This document shows, one piece after another, positions 7,737 to 16,726 of a DNA stretch of 42,203 bases (the first letter of the stretch is position 1; each line of letters begins with the position of its first letter). Source of the DNA: a virus (Duplodnaviria; Caudoviricetes); the IMG/VR virus record IMGVR_UViG_3300020045_006235, positions 1 to 42,203 of that record. One strand, 5' to 3'. Position numbers and translations under genes: made by a program. A model generated the notes under the pieces. That model did not search any database. It was not told the origin of the DNA and saw nothing but the letters and a program-made list of their open reading frames with translations.

Positions 7737-10094
7737 TTAAAAAAGAAAATCAGGCTCATCTTCTATAACTTCTTTTGTATCAACAAATTCTATAAACCTC
7801 ATAGAATGTGTTCTTCCTGAGTTAAAATCAATATTATAGAATTTACCATATTCCTCAAGCCATTGCGTAAATCTTTTTTGAGTAAGCCATTTTTTAAAAT
7901 CTTGGTATTCAACTATAAACTTGTGAAAATATTCAGACTTATCTATTCTAATATTATGCGGTAAATTATCCCTGTCTTGTGACCACTCGTAAAATTCAAA
8001 ACTTGTTTCTTTAATAAACTTTCTAACTTCTAGATTATTAAATTCGTGTTTTACTAATCCATTTTGCAAATAATACTGAACACAATTAATCATAAAATTA
8101 TCAAATCGAAGCCATTCTTTATTATCCCAATCAGTAAACAACATGTGTCCAAATTCATCTAAAGGAGTGTGCTTATAACTAAAATATGAACTCATTTCAA
8201 CCTCAAACTTTCTCCGTTCAAAAGAACCTCCAACTCCACCAATAGTATAATTTGTAGTTATCAATATTTTTGGAGACTGTTCTACTGGTATTGAAATTGC
8301 ATCCTGCCCTTTATATTCTAAAGTAATACCTTCTGTAATTAAGCTAAATAGAGATTCAAAATTGAAGTTCTTTTTAACGTCGTCAAATACTAAAATTTGA
8401 GTATCTGTTGACACTGTTTGATAAGGAAATGACTTTGTAAATTCAAAAGATTTTCCATCAATTCTACTAAGTTTTTTCATATTCTTTAAAGCGTTCCAAA
8501 ATAATCCTTTTCCACTTCCTCCATTTGGGTTTTCGCTTATTGTTTCATCATTAAATATTATAGCTTTATTATTCGCTGATGTTTTAAAAGAGTGCAATAA
8601 ATATCCTATAACCGATTTAAAGCTATTGTACTTACTTACGTCTTTTCCAGATATAAGCCAAAGGAATTTTCTGAATACAGCAGAATGATGATCTTCTTTT
8701 ACAAACTCCCTATCAATAATTTGTCTTTTCCAAACATAACCATCAATATCTAAATAGTCATATTTCTTAATTTTATCCTTTTTTACCTCTACAACACAAT
8801 TTTTGAAATATAAAAAACATTCTTCAAAAGTATCTTCTTTTATTTTTACCTTGGTAGTATCTAGCATAGACAAAAATTCACTTTTAAAATAACTTGTATT
8901 TGACGCCATATAGTCATAAGGAGCGTATCCAATATTTTCACGACTCAAAATATTATTAAGAACATAATCCTTAATTCTTTTGTCATTGGTTTCTTCTAGT
9001 AAATTCTGTTCTTTTTTTATAAAAGTAAATGTACTTGAGTTATCCGATGGATAGAATTTAAAGAAATTATTTTGTTCTAGCCAAAATTTAAATCTATGTG
9101 TTGAAAGGCTTATTTTTCCTTTGTCGTTATAAAACCAAAATTCATCTATATCTAAAGAATCTTTAATTAAATTTAAATCTATATCTTTAAACTCGTTTTG
9201 TATTTCTTTTTTAGGCTTACCAGACCTTATAAGTTTTTCAATCTGAACTTTTTTAACAGTATCTTCAAAAGCTCGTGTATTAAACTCGCTAGTTCTTTTA
9301 TAGGCAGAAGTTACTAGTTTTAAAATTTCTTCTTCTTTTCCACCCTCATTAAATTTAAGACACTCATATTCAGCATCAGTTTTCGTAATTCCGAAAGTAT
9401 TAAAAGCAGAAGCTAAAACGTGTAAATTAGTATTCTTTTTTCCTTCTATAAAACCATATTTTTCACTCCACCATTTTAAAAGGTTTTCTACTATTTGATT
9501 TGAAGAGGTCATTCTAACAATTGGCTCAAAAACTCCAATTTCTTCAATTTCTGGCTGTTCTAGTTTATTCCAAATTTCAGAATTTTCATTTATAAATATA
9601 TCTGGGTCATAAGATTCAAAACAAGTTCTGCTCAAATCCTTTCCACTTGTATCCCAATTTGGATGATTAAAATATTTTTCAATAGCATTAAAATACCCTT
9701 TGTGATTTTTTGGCTCTTTTGGAATTTTAACTAATGCCTTAACGCCTTTTGCGCTTGGAGAAATCCAACACGAAAAAATATATTTATCCGAACAAATAGA
9801 ATCTTTAAAAATAACTGCATCCTCTTCAGAATCAAATTTATCAAAATCCAAAATCATAAACCCAGAATGCTCAATTATATTTGAATCGGATCTAGTTTTA
9901 AAATGTCCGTTAAAACAGACTACAGGGAGTTTTGTTTTATTCTTTCCGTAATCTTCTTTGCTCATTTTTCTAAGCTTAAGGATCATATCCTTTGAATTTC
10001 CGTTTTTTATTCTGGCTAAAGCGTAATTAATATCCTTGTGATAAGGATTATTTACGTCTGTCATAAGCTTAAAAATAGATACTAATGCAATCAT
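7737..10094 (-). CDS. Primase/replication protein (VirE-N/BT4734-like domain plus P-loop helicase)
   Basis: KTKLPVVCFNG, HSGFMILDFD, WISPSAKGVK, SYDPD in the N-terminus; NGGSGKG Walker A, LVFDD, ITTN. Confidence 0.8.
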   Translation of the reverse strand: MIALVSIFKLMTDVNNPYHKDINYALARIKNGNSKDMILKLRKMSKEDYGKNKTKLPVVCFNGHFKTRSDSNIIEHSGFMILDFDKFDSEEDAVIFKDSICSDKYIFSCWISPSAKGVKALVKIPKEPKNHKGYFNAIEKYFNHPNWDTSGKDLSRTCFESYDPDIFINENSEIWNKLEQPEIEEIGVFEPIVRMTSSNQIVENLLKWWSEKYGFIEGKKNTNLHVLASAFNTFGITKTDAEYECLKFNEGGKEEEILKLVTSAYKRTSEFNTRAFEDTVKKVQIEKLIRSGKPKKEIQNEFKDIDLNLIKDSLDIDEFWFYNDKGKISLSTHRFKFWLEQNNFFKFYPSDNSSTFTFIKKEQNLLEETNDKRIKDYVLNNILSRENIGYAPYDYMASNTSYFKSEFLSMLDTTKVKIKEDTFEECFLYFKNCVVEVKKDKIKKYDYLDIDGYVWKRQIIDREFVKEDHHSAVFRKFLWLISGKDVSKYNSFKSVIGYLLHSFKTSANNKAIIFNDETISENPNGGSGKGLFWNALKNMKKLSRIDGKSFEFTKSFPYQTVSTDTQILVFDDVKKNFNFESLFSLITEGITLEYKGQDAISIPVEQSPKILITTNYTIGGVGGSFERRKFEVEMSSYFSYKHTPLDEFGHMLFTDWDNKEWLRFDNFMINCVQYYLQNGLVKHEFNNLEVRKFIKETSFEFYEWSQDRDNLPHNIRIDKSEYFHKFIVEYQDFKKWLTQKRFTQWLEEYGKFYNIDFNSGRTHSMRFIEFVDTKEVIEDEPDFLF

Positions 10095-10113
10095 AATAGT
10101 TATGTTTTTAATG

Positions 10114-10188
10114 ATGTGACACGGTATGTGACACGCTTTAATCCCTTGTGAATATTGATGTTTTTATATTTTGTGTCGCAATGACACA
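10114..10188. repeat. Iteron-like repeats, candidate origin or operator
   Basis: ATGTGACACG at 10114-10123 and 10126-10135; TGTGTC-GCAAT-GACACA palindrome 10172-10188; AT-rich tract follows. Confidence 0.5.
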
Positions 10189-10266
10189 TATTTTTTACTT
10201 TTTTACTTTGAAAAAACGCTTTTTTAATAAATATCGTTTTTTATATAATATGTATTAGGGTGTTTT

Positions 10267-10725
10267 TTAATACATGTTACACGCTTTCCTGTAGTCAATA
10301 ATTTTAGAACCTTTGCTAGAATTACAGTTTTTACATAAAGGCTGTAGGTTTGTTAAACAATTTTTACCTCCTTTACAAATTGGAATAATATGATCTAAAG
10401 ATAATTTATATTTTGAACCACACTTTAAACAACAATTGCCGTGTATTCTAAAAACATCTTTTCTTATATTCTTTTTTGAAATATAAATGTTTGCTTCTTT
10501 TCTTTTATTATCTGAAAATATAAAGGCGCTATTTTTTTCCGCTACATTTAAACTAGACAATGCTTTTTCTGCGCTTTCATTGTCTAAAATGGAATCATAA
10601 AGTATAGCGAAAGAAATTCTATAGTCATGAATATCTTTTATAGCTATCTTAAACGATTTATTATTGTAGTTTTCTAGTAGCTCAATATAATTCTTAAGAT
10701 CTTGAATGGTGTATTTTAAATCCAT
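10267..10725 (-). CDS. HNH endonuclease
   Basis: CLKC...LDHIIPICKGGKNCLTNLQPLCKNCNSSK. Confidence 0.9.
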   Translation of the reverse strand: MDLKYTIQDLKNYIELLENYNNKSFKIAIKDIHDYRISFAILYDSILDNESAEKALSSLNVAEKNSAFIFSDNKRKEANIYISKKNIRKDVFRIHGNCCLKCGSKYKLSLDHIIPICKGGKNCLTNLQPLCKNCNSSKGSKIIDYRKACNMY

Positions 10726-10730
10726 AATAG

Positions 10731-10841
10731 AAAAACAAAACCCGAAATAATCAAGGCGTCCACTCCTATCTTACTTCGGGTTGTTTAAGGTTAAGTAACC
10801 TTTTATTTTACCGTAGGTGGACGTTCTACATCACAAATATA
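10731..10841 (-). promoter_or_regulatory. Promoter plus structured leader/attenuator with complementary loops
   Basis: TATATTTG at 10834-10841, three hairpins, terminator stem 10739-10782; 7-nt complementary loops CGTCCAC/GTGGACG. Confidence 0.65.
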
Positions 10842-10894
10842 CAAATTTAATCCCAATCTACAATAATTTTTTTGGATTTTCGTTGGGGTTAGGA

Positions 10895-11116
10895 TTAAAT
10901 CGTACCCCCGTTAATTTCTTGCAACTTTATTTTCAATTCCTGCAAACGAACGGCATTGCTACCTGATACAAGAAGTGTTTTGTATTCTTTAGTTAAAACA
11001 TCAATCGGAATAGTTTTAAAAACAGGACAATTGAAATACCCGTTCTTTGCTTTCTTGGATTTGTGCGTACATTTAGATTCTTTAAAATGTACGCAGTCTG
11101 TGCATAGTACTTTCAT
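10895..11116 (-). CDS. Cys-rich hypothetical protein
   Basis: CTDCVHF...C...CPVF. Confidence 0.65.
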   Translation of the reverse strand: MKVLCTDCVHFKESKCTHKSKKAKNGYFNCPVFKTIPIDVLTKEYKTLLVSGSNAVRLQELKIKLQEINGGTI

Positions 11117-11517
11117 TAATAATTCAAATAAGCAGTTGGTAATTTCGTAATGGCAAATCTAAACAACAATTCATCTATTTTGATTTTCGTATTGTTTTCA
11201 AAACACAATTCAAATCTATTGCCGTCACGTGAAATTACTTCACGACAACCAGTAACAGAACTATCAACAACCCTTTCAAAAACATAAGGCTCATCTTTCT
11301 GTAGTTTTAAATAGAAGTCTTGCAACAATATTGGAAAAACCAAATGACTAATTAAGGTAATATCCTTGTCTTTTAATCGAAGTGATTTGTCGAATTTATC
11401 AACTTCTTTTGAAGTGATGTTTTGAAGGCAGTGGCTAATTGATAAGGGAAACGATTTTACGTGTTTTCCATCTACCAATAATTTTGTAATTCTCTGTGTA
11501 TTTTCAAATGTTATCAT
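11116..11517 (-). CDS. Hypothetical protein
   Basis: 133-aa ORF, coupled to the next gene. Confidence 0.7.
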   Translation of the reverse strand: MITFENTQRITKLLVDGKHVKSFPLSISHCLQNITSKEVDKFDKSLRLKDKDITLISHLVFPILLQDFYLKLQKDEPYVFERVVDSSVTGCREVISRDGNRFELCFENNTKIKIDELLFRFAITKLPTAYLNY

Positions 11518-11536
11518 AATTTTTGTTATTAAATTT

Positions 11537-11665
11537 TTATCTAAATTCTCTATAAATTTGCTCTAAGGTTAGTTTGTAGCAATAATTTGAGTTTTCATAA
11601 AGACCTGATTTGTGTAAAAACTAACCTTTGTATTTTGCTAAATTTTGCAAGTCTATTGTGTTCAT
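11537..11665 (-). pseudogene. Small ORF with in-frame TAG at 11621-11623
   Basis: MNTIDLQNLAKYKG*FLHKSGLYENSNYCYKLTLEQIYREFR; last of a chain of ATGA-coupled micro-ORFs. Confidence 0.35.
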
Positions 11666-11813
11666 ACCCTAAACTTTTGTTTACCCCAAAGTAAGTTGCT
11701 CATATAGTTATAGAAGCGGTCAAATAGTGATTTTTTCATTGTGTTGGTTGTTTAGGTATCCATAATTCACTCCCATTGGTTAGGTAAAATATAATGTAGT
11801 ACTTTTTCATAGC

Positions 11814-12134
11814 TTAATAGATTGGTGGTTCTGGTTTCTGTATTGGTTGGTAGTGGGTAATATTATCTTTTTTAAAATCAGACCAAAGTTTTTTGAAGTT
11901 GATAGGCTTTTTAGGCTCAATGCAAACTATCTCATCATCCTTAACAACCCAATAAATACCATTTTCTTTCGGCAAATCATCTTCGCTTTCAATCTTAATC
12001 CATTTTGATTGCGGTTCAATAGCTTGGATAATTTTAAGCATATTCACAACATCAACCGTTTTCATTCTTGGCCACCTAACTGATTCAGTCGTTAAATCGG
12101 TTATCAATTGCTGTATTTTTTCTTCTTTAGTCAT
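11814..12134 (-). CDS. DUF551-like phage protein
   Basis: WIKIESEDDLP...ITHYQPIQKPEPP. Confidence 0.7.
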   Translation of the reverse strand: MTKEEKIQQLITDLTTESVRWPRMKTVDVVNMLKIIQAIEPQSKWIKIESEDDLPKENGIYWVVKDDEIVCIEPKKPINFKKLWSDFKKDNITHYQPIQKPEPPIY

Positions 12135-12397
12135 TTGTTATAATTTGAGTAAGTTCTTCTTTTGAATTCGATAAATGGTTCTTGTTCCGGCACATCGTTC
12201 ATTTTGCTTTCTAAAGTAAAACAATCCAAATAACCTTCTAAAATTAAAGACTCTTGAATTATCTCTTCTTGGTATTCGTTAATCAATCTTTTACCATCAC
12301 TTGGAGCGCAATTAACTATTCTCTCTTTCTTGATAATTCGATTAATTACATTTATTCCGATGTTTAGATTGTTAGCTAAATGCGATACTGTTTTCAT
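12131..12397 (-). CDS. Hypothetical protein, possible HTH
   Basis: MKTVSHLANNLNIGINVINRII N-terminus. Confidence 0.6.
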   Translation of the reverse strand: MKTVSHLANNLNIGINVINRIIKKERIVNCAPSDGKRLINEYQEEIIQESLILEGYLDCFTLESKMNDVPEQEPFIEFKRRTYSNYNK

Positions 12398-12453
12398 AAT
12401 AGGTTTTTTTAAACACCACCCATTTTTAGGCGAGTGATGTTATGTTGTTAATA

Positions 12454-12789
12454 TCAAAAAGGTAAATCTGGTTTCTCTTCTTCGATTGGTGTGGCTTCGT
12501 GAACTACTCCGCTTTTATCACTCCCCCATAAAGTAGTAAATCCCTCGCCAATGTATATAGTATCAGCTTTTGCTTCTCGTTCCTCTTTGGTTTGAATAAC
12601 ACAAGCGAAATGAGTTTTCATAATTCGCATATTGTCTTTTTCGTAGATTTGTTTTGGCTCTTTAACTTCGACAAGTTCGAATTTTACTTCTTGCAATTTG
12701 ACGGTTTCTCCTGCCTTGTTTTGAAACTCTCGATTTGATATTAGATTACGTAATTTCGTAGCGTCTAATGTAATTTGGATTTTACTCAT
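12454..12789 (-). CDS. Putative single-stranded DNA-binding protein
   Basis: Beta-rich with acidic tail ending DLPF; follows the exonuclease. Confidence 0.6.
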   Translation of the reverse strand: MSKIQITLDATKLRNLISNREFQNKAGETVKLQEVKFELVEVKEPKQIYEKDNMRIMKTHFACVIQTKEEREAKADTIYIGEGFTTLWGSDKSGVVHEATPIEEEKPDLPF

Positions 12790-12792
12790 AAT

Positions 12793-13638
12793 TTATAAAT
12801 TTAACATTGGTATTAATTCGTTTTCAATATATTTTCTGGATGCTAAAACCATTTTTTCAGCAGCTTTGATGTAGGTTTCGCTATATCCAAATTCGTAAAC
12901 TTTTTTTCTTAAACTGTCTGGTAAATGGTCATAACTCAATTCTTTTTCTGCCAAATCCCATTCAGTCATATCTGGCTCATCTTTTCCTAAATCTTTAGCG
13001 ATTTGCCAAGATAGTTTTTCTATTTGTTCTTCACTACCATTTTCTAAACAATAACAAAGACTTCCTTTTCTTAATCCTGTCAAATTCATATAACCTTGTA
13101 TTTGACCGTAATAGTTTTTGTCTGGTTCTGTTTCAAAGAACGGGAATGTAAAAGCATCAAAAGGTACTTTGGCATCTATAACAATCTCAATTGTATTAGT
13201 ATCAAATGTTCCTGTAAAATATTCGTTTTCTTCCTCGGTTTCATTTTTTACCAATTCACAACCGTAATGTTTAGATATTCTTTCAATAGCTTTTTCCTCC
13301 ATCGCTTTGCCACGTGCAAGATATTTTGATCTAATATCTTTTTGTTTTCCTGTAATTTCAGAAATAAGCCATTCTTTGCAGTAAGATTTTGCCGTTTCGC
13401 TTAAAATTACTTCATCAATCAAAGGCTTTAATCTTTCGATTTCCTTTTCATTTTCTGGCAATTTTTCATTAACAATTTGTAAAGCCGATTTACATTCTTT
13501 GTTTTTAAACTCCGAGTATCTGACATTCAAAGATTCTTTTTTTAACAAAGCTTCTTCGTACTGTTCTTTATATGATTTTCCAGTGTGATTAGTCATTAAT
13601 AAACCAATCTTTGACGCCCTACATTTAAACTGTTTCAT
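12793..13638 (-). CDS. YqaJ/lambda-exonuclease-like recombination nuclease
   Basis: RASKIG, RGKAMEE, TGTFD, IDAK, YYGQIQGYM. Confidence 0.8.
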   Translation of the reverse strand: MKQFKCRASKIGLLMTNHTGKSYKEQYEEALLKKESLNVRYSEFKNKECKSALQIVNEKLPENEKEIERLKPLIDEVILSETAKSYCKEWLISEITGKQKDIRSKYLARGKAMEEKAIERISKHYGCELVKNETEEENEYFTGTFDTNTIEIVIDAKVPFDAFTFPFFETEPDKNYYGQIQGYMNLTGLRKGSLCYCLENGSEEQIEKLSWQIAKDLGKDEPDMTEWDLAEKELSYDHLPDSLRKKVYEFGYSETYIKAAEKMVLASRKYIENELIPMLNL

Positions 13639-14143
13639 CTTGCAAAGTTTTTAATTGTTCTGGTGTTAAATCGTATTTTTCTAAAATTGCATCAAGATTA
13701 ATTTTTTTATCTTGGATAGCTTTTTTTGCTCCTGCCAAATCTTTCAATTCCACCAACGGCAAAACTTCAATAGTTGTAGGTGTACGCTTGTTTTTAGCTG
13801 TTGTGACTAAAACTCTTGTCGCTTCTGGAATATGTGAAACGTGGCTAATTCTAATGCCCCCTACGTCAACTCCTGCCCATTTAACCGTGTCATCACGAAA
13901 CAAAGTCATTCGTTTTCCGATGAATTGCAAACCATCTGCACCCCACAATTGAACCAATACCCTACGCATTGATTTACACGGTCTAAACGGCTTATTATTA
14001 TCTCCGTAGAAATAAATAGATACTGGTTGCGCATCGTCATTACCGCCTTTTATATCACGTATTTTAATAATTTTTGACCCTGATATCAAATCGTCAGCAT
14101 TTAGCTGGTCTGATTTTGGGATAATTGTTTTTGATAAGTCCAT
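13625..14143 (-). CDS. Conserved phage protein in the recombinase slot (candidate annealing protein)
   Basis: Likely start MDLSKTIIPKSDQLNADDL at 14143; directly upstream of exonuclease and SSB. Confidence 0.55.
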   Translation of the reverse strand: MDLSKTIIPKSDQLNADDLISGSKIIKIRDIKGGNDDAQPVSIYFYGDNNKPFRPCKSMRRVLVQLWGADGLQFIGKRMTLFRDDTVKWAGVDVGGIRISHVSHIPEATRVLVTTAKNKRTPTTIEVLPLVELKDLAGAKKAIQDKKINLDAILEKYDLTPEQLKTLQDETV

Positions 14144-14148
14144 AGTTT

Positions 14149-14322
14149 CTAATTTTTTAATTGTTTTATTTTCCAAACTCCGATTGTATCAGTTGAGTTT
14201 CGTTTTTCAAAAGTCTTCCAAAAAACAGTGTAAACTTCATTTGAAAACTCAAAATTTATGACCTCTATAAATAAAGGTGACTTACAGTATTCTAATCTTA
14301 TAACCTTGTACCCTGCTTTCAT
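14149..14322 (-). CDS. Hypothetical protein (57 aa)
   Basis: Hand-translated MKAGYKVIRLEY...; fills the operon gap. Confidence 0.55.
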   Translation of the reverse strand: MKAGYKVIRLEYCKSPLFIEVINFEFSNEVYTVFWKTFEKRNSTDTIGVWKIKQLKN

Positions 14323-14328
14323 AATTAA

Positions 14329-14598
14329 TTATTTTAAATATTGGTTCAAAATTTCGTTTTTCTCGGTTGTTTCTTCATAAGTCAGATAACCGAATGTAAT
14401 AATTGTTTGTTCAAATCCTGCTAGTTTTTTTAGTTGTGCAGTTTTGTAATTCAATCGCTCGATTTGTAACTTCGAATAGGATTTTAAAAAATCAATATCT
14501 AACTGCATTTTCTCAACTTCGGTTAGTTCAGGTTCGTTTTCTTCTTGGTTGATTGGGTTGTTAGGATTCCAATCGTTAAATGTGTCTAAATCGTTCAT
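14329..14598 (-). CDS. Hypothetical protein
   Basis: 89-aa ORF with ATGA coupling. Confidence 0.7.
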   Translation of the reverse strand: MNDLDTFNDWNPNNPINQEENEPELTEVEKMQLDIDFLKSYSKLQIERLNYKTAQLKKLAGFEQTIITFGYLTYEETTEKNEILNQYLK

Positions 14599-14870
14599 AT
14601 TAAAGAATTATAATTATTTATCATTTCTTCGTAATTAGTTGCGGTTTGATTGTGAACTAAAAAACATTCTTTTTGAAATTTAGTAATTCCATTTTCTGTT
14701 CTGAATCCTAAATTAACAAACCCATCGTGTAAATCTATAATTGATTTAGTTCCAATCGGGTTGACGCAATTCATTTCAATTCCGATTTCTTGCAGTTTTT
14801 TAAAATTATCCGCATTTATCCAATAAAAATTATTGGTAAAGTACTTTTCTATAAACTCCATTCTTTTCAT
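14595..14870 (-). CDS. Hypothetical protein, first gene of the leftward early operon
   Basis: Start MKRMEF at 14870, downstream of TACATTTG. Confidence 0.7.
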   Translation of the reverse strand: MKRMEFIEKYFTNNFYWINADNFKKLQEIGIEMNCVNPIGTKSIIDLHDGFVNLGFRTENGITKFQKECFLVHNQTATNYEEMINNYNSLI

Positions 14871-14901
14871 AATTTCTATTTTTTTTGTTATTAACTGATG
14901 A

Positions 14902-15007
14902 CAAATGTAAAACAAATAATTGTATAATTGGTGTGGTTGCTGTTAATTTATAATCATTCTAAATTGTGGTGTTGGTGGTGTTTATTTAAAAAAGAATTGT
15001 AGATTTG
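14902..15007. promoter_or_regulatory. Divergent early promoters with a central palindromic Fur-like box
   Basis: TACATTTG (minus, 14902-14909), TAGATTTG (plus, 15000-15007), ATTTATAATCATTCTAAAT at 14946-14964. Confidence 0.6.
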
Positions 15008-15033
15008 TACCGAACATTAAAACTTATAACATT

Positions 15034-15210
15034 ATGAAAACGAATTGCACGCCTTATGTAAAAAAATATGATTCAAATGGAATCGTAACAAATCCAATCA
15101 CAAAAGAAAATCCTTATTTATTTGGAAAACCACGAATTATAGTAGGTCAAAGGTTTTGGAGTACTGTAAGAAATAGATTTTTCAAAGGTTTAACCGCAAT
15201 AAATAGATAA
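15034..15210 (+). CDS. Hypothetical protein (58 aa)
   Basis: Hand-translated MKTNCTPYVKKYDSNG...; first ORF after the promoter. Confidence 0.55.
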   Translation: MKTNCTPYVKKYDSNGIVTNPITKENPYLFGKPRIIVGQRFWSTVRNRFFKGLTAINR

Positions 15211-15212
15211 TT

Positions 15213-15395
15213 ATGGAAGAAATTAAAACATTGTACAAACAATTAAAGGACAAAAAAGCCTTTTGCGAATTAATAAGCAAAGAAACAGGAACAGGCGCAA
15301 GAACAATTTACAATCATTGGCTTGCATCATTTTGGGATATTCCAAAAAAGCACCAAGATATTGTGTTATCGAAATTAAAAGAGAAAAACGTCTAA
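15213..15395 (+). CDS. Small HTH-like (Cro-like) protein
   Basis: FCELISKETGTGARTIYNHW helix-turn-helix pattern; early position. Confidence 0.55.
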   Translation: MEEIKTLYKQLKDKKAFCELISKETGTGARTIYNHWLASFWDIPKKHQDIVLSKLKEKNV

Positions 15396-15408
15396 AAAAT
15401 AAAGAGAA

Positions 15409-15555
15409 ATGAAAAAGTTCGAATACAAAACAAAATCAGGATTAGGAGAAAGTGACTTAAACTATCTTGGAAAAGATGGATGGGAATTAATCCACGTGCA
15501 AAGAGATTTTAAAACAGGATATCATTGGTTTTACCTTAAGCGTGAGGTACTATGA
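15409..15555 (+). CDS. DUF4177-like small protein (48 aa)
   Basis: FEYK...LNYLGKDGWELI...LKRE. Confidence 0.65.
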   Translation: MKKFEYKTKSGLGESDLNYLGKDGWELIHVQRDFKTGYHWFYLKREVL

Positions 15556-15935
15556 AAACCCAGAAACCACAAATACAATTCCTTGCAATTGTAGGGATTT
15601 ATGTAATTATTAATTTGATTTTTAGATAGGATGAAAACAGCAATAGAGATTTTAGAAGAAATCAAAAAAGAGTTAAACACAAAATTTGACAATGACCCAT
15701 TAATAAAAAATACTTGTCAAATAATTATTAATGAGTTCAAATTAAGAACTGAATTTTCTGAAACATTATGAAAGTAAAACAATCAAACGTAGAACGGTTT
15801 TATTCTTGGATGGAGTCCATTAATAACCAATTTTTGCACGATCACGAACAAATGGTTAACGCATTTCATATCGTGGCTTTATGCGATGTGAACGATATAG
15901 AAGTAATAGAACCAGTAATTATAACGCCTAATTGA
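15552..15935 (+). CDS. Three coupled micro-ORFs (15552-15629 hydrophobic 25 aa; 15631-15771; 15768-15935)
   Basis: Hand-translated; ATGA overlaps and tight packing. Confidence 0.45.
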
Positions 15936-15937
15936 TT

Positions 15938-16171
15938 ATGGAATACGCAATTTACATTTTCACAGCAGTATTGCTATTTTCCGTTATTTGTTTGATGGTT
16001 ATTTGCATCCAATTAATGCAACGAAACAAGGCATTGAAAACACACGTTAATGTTTTGAATAAAGACCATAATTCAATAAGCAAAGAAAACATCGAGTTAA
16101 AAGAATTATTGGAATTACAGGACAAAATGATTGCCGAAGCAATGGTAAGTTCAACAGATAGGTTGAATTAA
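15938..16171 (+). CDS. Membrane-anchored coiled-coil protein
   Basis: N-terminal TM segment then heptad-rich tail; ATG at 15938. Confidence 0.65.
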   Translation: MEYAIYIFTAVLLFSVICLMVICIQLMQRNKALKTHVNVLNKDHNSISKENIELKELLELQDKMIAEAMVSSTDRLN

Positions 16172-16194
16172 GGAAGTTGCTCGAAGCTGGAATA

Positions 16195-16322
16195 TAACGG
16201 ACGGCGTGTATGGGAGGTTGCGCCGATCGAACCTAAACCTCCAAAATATTACTAATCTTTAAATTTAAAAATTATGTCTAAAGACACAGACCCAAACAAG
16301 CAATCTCTTATACACGATGTTA
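16195..16322. mobile_element. attC-like hairpin site 1
   Basis: TAAC-GGACGG-CGTGTATGGGAGGTTGC ... GCAATCTCTTATACACG-AT-GTTA; 17-bp stem with 3 G.T pairs on the plus strand; ATG 16274 in the loop. Confidence 0.75.
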
Positions 16323-16600
16323 CAAGTAGGCTTTTTTTGGATTTACAAAAGCAATTGGAAGATTTTATTATTGAAGGATTGAAAAGAAAAGGTTTTGAAT
16401 TTGAAAACAAAACCGATTTAGAAAATTTTATAAAAACAAGATGTGAATGCAAAGACAATGTTCATTTTAAAGAACGAATTTATTATGCTGACAATATCCC
16501 TTTCTTTTTGCATAAATACGAAATGATTTACGAACCAATCACAGAAGATAATAACGGATTTAATATGTCTGCTGATTACGGCTCGTATGCTTACTTGTAA
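16274..16600 (+). CDS. Hypothetical protein, cassette 1 cargo
   Basis: 108 aa; stop TAA is the TAA of the next TAAC core. Confidence 0.8.
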   Translation: MSKDTDPNKQSLIHDVTSRLFLDLQKQLEDFIIEGLKRKGFEFENKTDLENFIKTRCECKDNVHFKERIYYADNIPFFLHKYEMIYEPITEDNNGFNMSADYGSYAYL

Positions 16601-16726
16601 CGTCCCGTGGCTTTGTGATGTTGCCGAAAAAACACACACTAAACTTTAAATTTAAGACAGATTATGAAAGCACAAAACAATAATTCAGTTCAAGACCAAG
16701 ACGGCAATAGCTCAAAACCGCTGTTA
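16598..16726. mobile_element. attC-like hairpin site 2
   Basis: TAAC-GTCCC-GTGGCTTTGTGATGTTGCCG ... CGGCAATAGCTCAAAACCGC-T-GTTA; 20 positions: 15 Watson-Crick, 2 G.T, 3 mismatches; ATG 16664 in the loop. Confidence 0.75.

Noticed and set aside
15938-16198. A third cassette upstream of site 1
   Set aside because: No GTTATATTCC-like partner or upstream hairpin found by eye.
16195-16726. Hairpins as terminators, CRISPR repeats or IS ends
   Set aside because: Loops are 75-78 nt and contain start codons; there is no U-tract, the arms are not sequence-identical, and there is no transposase, cas gene or target duplication.
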